DNA from: a virus
Lineage: Duplodnaviria > Caudoviricetes
DNA: 46,704 nucleotides
Virus record (IMG/VR): IMGVR_UViG_3300049012_000012
Span: 1-46,704 of that record
Direction: 5' to 3' (one strand)
Each line of letters opens with the position of its first letter. The stretch's first letter is position 1. Under the pieces are notes generated by a model. It was given only the letters and a program-made list of their open reading frames with translations, was not told where the DNA came from and ran no database searches. This document shows, piece by piece, positions 43,300 to 46,704 of the stretch. The position numbers were made by a program, and so were the translations under genes.

Positions 43300-43727
43300 A
43301 CACCAAGCTGATCGCCACCTGCCTAGCGGCTGCCGCGCTGCTGGGTCCGCAAGTGCCGGCCACCCGCGTGCGGGCGCGCACCGTCACCTCAGGCAGCCGT
43401 ATGCGGTCACGTGACGAGCACGAGCACACGGAGATTGTGCCGACCCGCAATGAGGCGCTGGTCAGCGTGGCGCTCAAGCTGTACGACAGCAAGACGCGCG
43501 TCATCGAGGTGTGCTTGGCGCTGGGTGCCTGGGAAGGGCAGACCGTGGCACAGGTAGCGAAGGTGGTTGACGCCCCCGGGTGCGCCGCGTTTGACCCGAA
43601 CACGAAGCACTGCACCATCCACAACCTGACGCCCAAGAAGGTCGAGGACACCGCGCGCATGGAGAACCTTGGGCACGAACTGCTGCACTGCTTCAAGGGT
43701 GCGTACCATAGCGAACCGGTCCACTGA
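43296..43727 (+). CDS. Putative exported protein with an HExxH motif
   Basis: Signal-like MNTKLIATCLAAAALLG; GCA..C.I and LGHELLHCFKG.YH. Confidence 0.65.
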   Translation: MNTKLIATCLAAAALLGPQVPATRVRARTVTSGSRMRSRDEHEHTEIVPTRNEALVSVALKLYDSKTRVIEVCLALGAWEGQTVAQVAKVVDAPGCAAFDPNTKHCTIHNLTPKKVEDTARMENLGHELLHCFKGAYHSEPVH

Positions 43728-43743
43728 ACCCGGTGTTGCCCGA

Positions 43744-43771
43744 TAGCGCCCGTTGGGGTGCTATGGGGTGC
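43744..43771 (+). promoter_or_regulatory. Repeated intergenic hairpin element, copy B
   Basis: TAGCGCCCGTTGGGGTGCTATGGGGTGC; differs from 27713-27741 by one base. Confidence 0.65.
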
Positions 43772-43806
43772 CACTTTCGACACCGCAACCCGTGAGAGGA
43801 ACTGAC

Positions 43807-44253
43807 ATGGCAAAGGCCAAGCAACCCGTACAGCTGACCAACGGCGCCCTGCGCCCCGTGGTGGTCAAGAACGCCACCGAGGCAGGTGACGTGGCTTTCG
43901 ATGGCAGCCGCAAGCGCCCCATCGTTGCGATCAACGAGGACGGCAAGATGGTGGTGTGCTGCCGCCGGACCGCCAGCAAGAACGGCTGGGAGATCCAGGG
44001 TGCGCTGCACCAGCGCCCCGGCCGTGACGGCAAGAAGGCGCGCGTGGTCATCAACGAGAAGGGCAAGATGGCCCAACGCAAGGCCGATGCCGTGAGCGTC
44101 GAGGAAATCCTGGCAGCACCCACCCCGGAACCGCACCGCGCGGCCGTGCGTGGCGTCGGCCGGCGCGCGACCGACAAGGTGGCTGCGGCCGTACTGGTGG
44201 AGAAGGCTGCGGAGATCGTTGCGGCTGCGGCCGTCGACGGCCCCGCCAGCTGA
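43807..44253 (+). CDS. Hypothetical early protein, paralog of 26092-26313
   Basis: GAGAGGA RBS; EAGDVAFDGSRKRP..VVCCRRTASKNGW. Confidence 0.8.
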   Translation: MAKAKQPVQLTNGALRPVVVKNATEAGDVAFDGSRKRPIVAINEDGKMVVCCRRTASKNGWEIQGALHQRPGRDGKKARVVINEKGKMAQRKADAVSVEEILAAPTPEPHRAAVRGVGRRATDKVAAAVLVEKAAEIVAAAAVDGPAS

Positions 44254-44258
44254 GCACC

Positions 44259-44498
44259 ATGCGTCAGCAGAAGGTCATCGACATCCTGCGTGGCAGCGGG
44301 GGCGCCAAGCGCGCTTCCCGCAAGGCGCAGATTGACCTTACGGTCACGTGTGGCGTAGGCGTGTACATCATCCAAGCGAACGGTAAGACGCTCGAGGATG
44401 GCGTTGGGGACCGCGACTACGCTGAGTCCCGGGCGAAAGCCAGGGCGCGTGACATCACTGCGAAGACGGGCAAGACCGTCAGCATCACCGTGTACTGA
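44259..44498 (+). CDS. Hypothetical protein
   Basis: 79 aa, closely follows the previous gene. Confidence 0.6.
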   Translation: MRQQKVIDILRGSGGAKRASRKAQIDLTVTCGVGVYIIQANGKTLEDGVGDRDYAESRAKARARDITAKTGKTVSITVY

Positions 44499-44511
44499 GA
44501 GGGGAACCCCA

Positions 44512-44850
44512 ATGGCAACGGACTTGAAGCTCATTGAGCTAGCGCGGGAGGTGACGCCGAGCGAGGCGCTGCACCCCACGTACTTCCACGACCGCCCGTC
44601 AGGGCTGATGGTGCTCAGTGAGAACGAGCTACGGAAGAAGGTGGAGTGGCAGCGGGGCGTCACCCGGCCGATGACCTGGGAGGAGTGGCTGGACGTGCGC
44701 GAAAGCTGGTGCCGGTACTACGACGCGGAGGTGTGCACCATCGTTCAAGGGGACACCACCACGATGGGTCTGTCCGCTGAGGTAGCGGCAGCCCGGGGCG
44801 CGAAGTACATCCTGCTTGACGTGCTGAGGCCCACACCCCCCACGGCATGA
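44512..44850 (+). CDS. Hypothetical protein
   Basis: GAGGGGA RBS; MATDLKLIELAR... Confidence 0.65.
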   Translation: MATDLKLIELAREVTPSEALHPTYFHDRPSGLMVLSENELRKKVEWQRGVTRPMTWEEWLDVRESWCRYYDAEVCTIVQGDTTTMGLSAEVAAARGAKYILLDVLRPTPPTA

Positions 44851-44865
44851 CGGATACCGTCGGTA

Positions 44866-44894
44866 GCAAAACGGCCCCGCTTGGGGCCGTCGTT
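44866..44894 (-). terminator. Terminator at the convergence of the two arms
   Basis: ACGGCCCC-GCTT-GGGGCCGT preceded by AAA, which gives a short U-tract on the minus strand. Confidence 0.7.
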
Positions 44895-44947
44895 ACGTTG
44901 GGGGTAGGAGGTGGCCTAGGCCACCCCGCTTGCGCTCAGCTTGCGTG

Positions 44948-45355
44948 CTATTTGCTGACGCCCTGCCGCTTCTCATAGGTGCGCAGGCCACCGATGCCCA
45001 GCATGCCCCCGGCCACGCACCAGAGCAGGTCCGTGTCGAGCGTAGGTGGCGCTGGCATGCCGCGGATGCTGGCGTACCACGCGAGCCCCGGCTGGAGCAG
45101 CACTGCGTACAGGAACCCCACGCCCCCGACCCACCCGTAGAACGGGCGCCAACCTGCCACCCAGAGGGACGGATGCTGCGCTTCCCGAGCGTTGATCTCA
45201 AGCTGCGCGATGACCTGCTTGAGCTCACCGTCCATGGCCATCTTCAGAAACTCTCGCTCCGCTTCAGCGGCAGCCGTCTTGTCAGGGATGACCCGGTCGA
45301 TCAGGCTCTTGCCGAGCTCGAAGAGGGGTCCGAGGAACAGTGGGTTCATGGTCAT
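44948..45355 (-). CDS. Holin of the 3TM / GTA holin (DUF3154) family
   Basis: LIDRVIPDK, QLEINAREA, GWRPFYGWV and MLGIGGLRTYEK; possible starts at 45355 and 45349. Confidence 0.85.
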   Translation of the reverse strand: MTMNPLFLGPLFELGKSLIDRVIPDKTAAAEAEREFLKMAMDGELKQVIAQLEINAREAQHPSLWVAGWRPFYGWVGGVGFLYAVLLQPGLAWYASIRGMPAPPTLDTDLLWCVAGGMLGIGGLRTYEKRQGVSK

Positions 45356-45510
45356 TCCTTGTTGGTCGGCACGGACTTGTACCCGCCCGTGCATGGGGTG
45401 AAGTTGCCACCCAGCCCCTGCTCTGGCCTGCGATGCGGGCACACCACGCGCGCACACCCGCTGGTCGGGGGCTTGAGGCAGCTGGTGCAGGGCGGAGGCT
45501 TCGGCGTCAC
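45352..45510 (-). CDS. Small Pro/Cys-rich hypothetical protein in the lysis cassette
   Basis: GTG overlaps the endolysin stop and its TGA overlaps the holin start; CTSC..C..C. Confidence 0.45.
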   Translation of the reverse strand: MTPKPPPCTSCLKPPTSGCARVVCPHRRPEQGLGGNFTPCTGGYKSVPTNKE

Positions 45511-46037
45511 GGCATCACCACGCGCATGCGCTGCCACCCGTACTCGAAGTCCATCTGGCTGCGGTCCTTCTCGGCGAGCTCGATGTACCGCACGGACTGC
45601 TGCGCGTTCAGCATGGCGAACAGCACCTTCTCACCGTCAGCGCCGCGTCGCTTGAGGAACTCCTTGAGCGCATGCAGGGTCATCGGGCCGATGGCGCCGT
45701 CTGCCGTGAGGTTGTACGGCCCGAGCACGTTCAGCGCCCGCTGCAGAAACCGCGCTGCTACGCCCGTGCCCATGTTGACGCCCGTGTCGAGGAGCTCTTC
45801 CGCCAGCAAGCCGCTCACGTCGTTGACCTGATCGAACGACGGCTGGTGCCAGTAGCGGGTCGCGTAGATGCCGCGTGCCACATGGAGGGGCAGGTTCTGC
45901 ATGTCACCCGTGTACCCGTAGGCGCGAGCGACCGCTTCCGTGATGCCCCAGCAGGTCGGACCGCCACGGTCACTCGGGTGGTCGACGTAGCCCCCCTCAC
46001 GATGCGTGAGGGTCGTCAGCATGGCTTCGAGGTTCAT
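45507..46037 (-). CDS. Endolysin, glycoside hydrolase family 108 with a PG_binding_3 domain
   Basis: EGGYVDHPSDRGGPT.WGIT, D.GVNMG, LQRALN, DG.IGP.T and F..GW..R. Confidence 0.95.
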   Translation of the reverse strand: MNLEAMLTTLTHREGGYVDHPSDRGGPTCWGITEAVARAYGYTGDMQNLPLHVARGIYATRYWHQPSFDQVNDVSGLLAEELLDTGVNMGTGVAARFLQRALNVLGPYNLTADGAIGPMTLHALKEFLKRRGADGEKVLFAMLNAQQSVRYIELAEKDRSQMDFEYGWQRMRVVMP

Positions 46038-46252
46038 GGCTTGAGCTTCCGTTGTCTGCGCTTCGCAGCGCGCTTGGCCTTGCGGACCGGGTCACGCCAC
46101 CACTTGTCGCGGAGGGTGAAGAAGAGGTTGACGATGCCGAGTACGATCGTGATCACTGCTAGGACTTGGTTCAGCGTTATTGCGCTGATGCCGGCGAGTG
46201 TTCCGACCAGTAGGTTCGACAGCCAAGGGTGGCTCTGGAAGAAGTCCGTCAT
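46034..46252 (-). CDS. Putative holin or antiholin
   Basis: Hydrophobic TM segments followed by a strongly basic C-terminus; directly upstream of the endolysin. Confidence 0.7.
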   Translation of the reverse strand: MTDFFQSHPWLSNLLVGTLAGISAITLNQVLAVITIVLGIVNLFFTLRDKWWRDPVRKAKRAAKRRQRKLKP

Positions 46253-46300
46253 GGTGTGCAAGGCGAGAGGGGTTACTGCGACGGGCTATTGTCTCCCGCC

Positions 46301-46704
46301 TTACCAGACGACCGCTTGCACCTCGAGGACCGTGGTGGCAGCCTGAAGGGCAAGCCCCTTGGTCCTCAGCTTGGCATGCAGCCCGGCCGTGAAGGCGTCC
46401 AGGGCGTCCCCCAGGGCAATCAGCTGAGCGCGGGTAAGGGTACGGGTAGCCCCACCGTTCACGGTCAGCACGCGCGTGTAGCCGCTGCCCGCTGCCTGCC
46501 GGGTGGCCGTGGTCACGGCCTCCAGGATGCGCCTGCGGCTACGCTCGTCACAGTCGACGGTCACGTCGTTCACCGTGTAGGTGCTGAGCTCTTCCTCGAT
46601 GCACGCGGCCTGCATCGCAGCCCACCGGTGCCGGCGATGCGTCTCGAGGTCACCGCTCTTGTCGGCGCCGAGTACGGCCCCACCGAGGAGCTCCGAACTC
46701 GTAA
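46301..46704 (-). CDS. 3' part of the DUF4376-like tail fibre assembly protein (starts at 343 across the junction)
   Basis: DCDERSRRRI..A, LT..QL.ALG and L.AA.T..EV.AV.W C-terminal pattern. Confidence 0.8.
   Translation of the reverse strand, partial: TSSELLGGAVLGADKSGDLETHRRHRWAAMQAACIEEELSTYTVNDVTVDCDERSRRRILEAVTTATRQAAGSGYTRVLTVNGGATRTLTRAQLIALGDALDAFTAGLHAKLRTKGLALQAATTVLEVQAVVW
46573..46704. repeat. Terminal direct repeat / circular assembly overlap (right copy)
   Basis: Matches 1-132 with one mismatch. Confidence 0.97.

Overview
The window appears to be a complete, circularly assembled genome (about 46.6 kb, high GC) of a tailed dsDNA siphophage. The first 132 nt repeat the last 132 nt with one mismatch, and one ORF reads in frame across the join. 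The host is probably a betaproteobacterium, which is an inference from GAAAGGA-type ribosome-binding sites and GC content. The minus-strand arm carries primase-helicase, TerS/TerL, two large fibre or beta-helix genes, a portal-MuF fusion, protease/scaffold, major capsid protein, neck and tail genes, a GTA-like tail tip and a lysis cassette. The plus-strand arm carries small early genes, a ParB-like protein, an APSE/YuA-like replication module (split DUF2800 nuclease, DUF2815 SSB, PolA, VRR-NUC, SNF2) and a five-gene thymidine hypermodification cluster. That cluster encodes an amino acid:DNA transferase, a 5-hmdU DNA kinase, a dUMP hydroxymethylase, an HD nucleotidase and a DUF3310 protein, with no recognisable maturation enzymes. 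Other notable signals are two related GGAACCGGT/TTAA-centred palindromic elements 9.4 kb apart (one inside a coding region), a capsid protein with a hydrophobic membrane-like leader, a bacterial adhesin-type domain inside a phage beta-helix protein, a possible RNA switch over the parB-like start, and a three-way-junction leader upstream of the SSB gene. No integrase, CRISPR array, tRNA or reverse transcriptase was seen. All family assignments come from motif recognition by eye, not from database searches.
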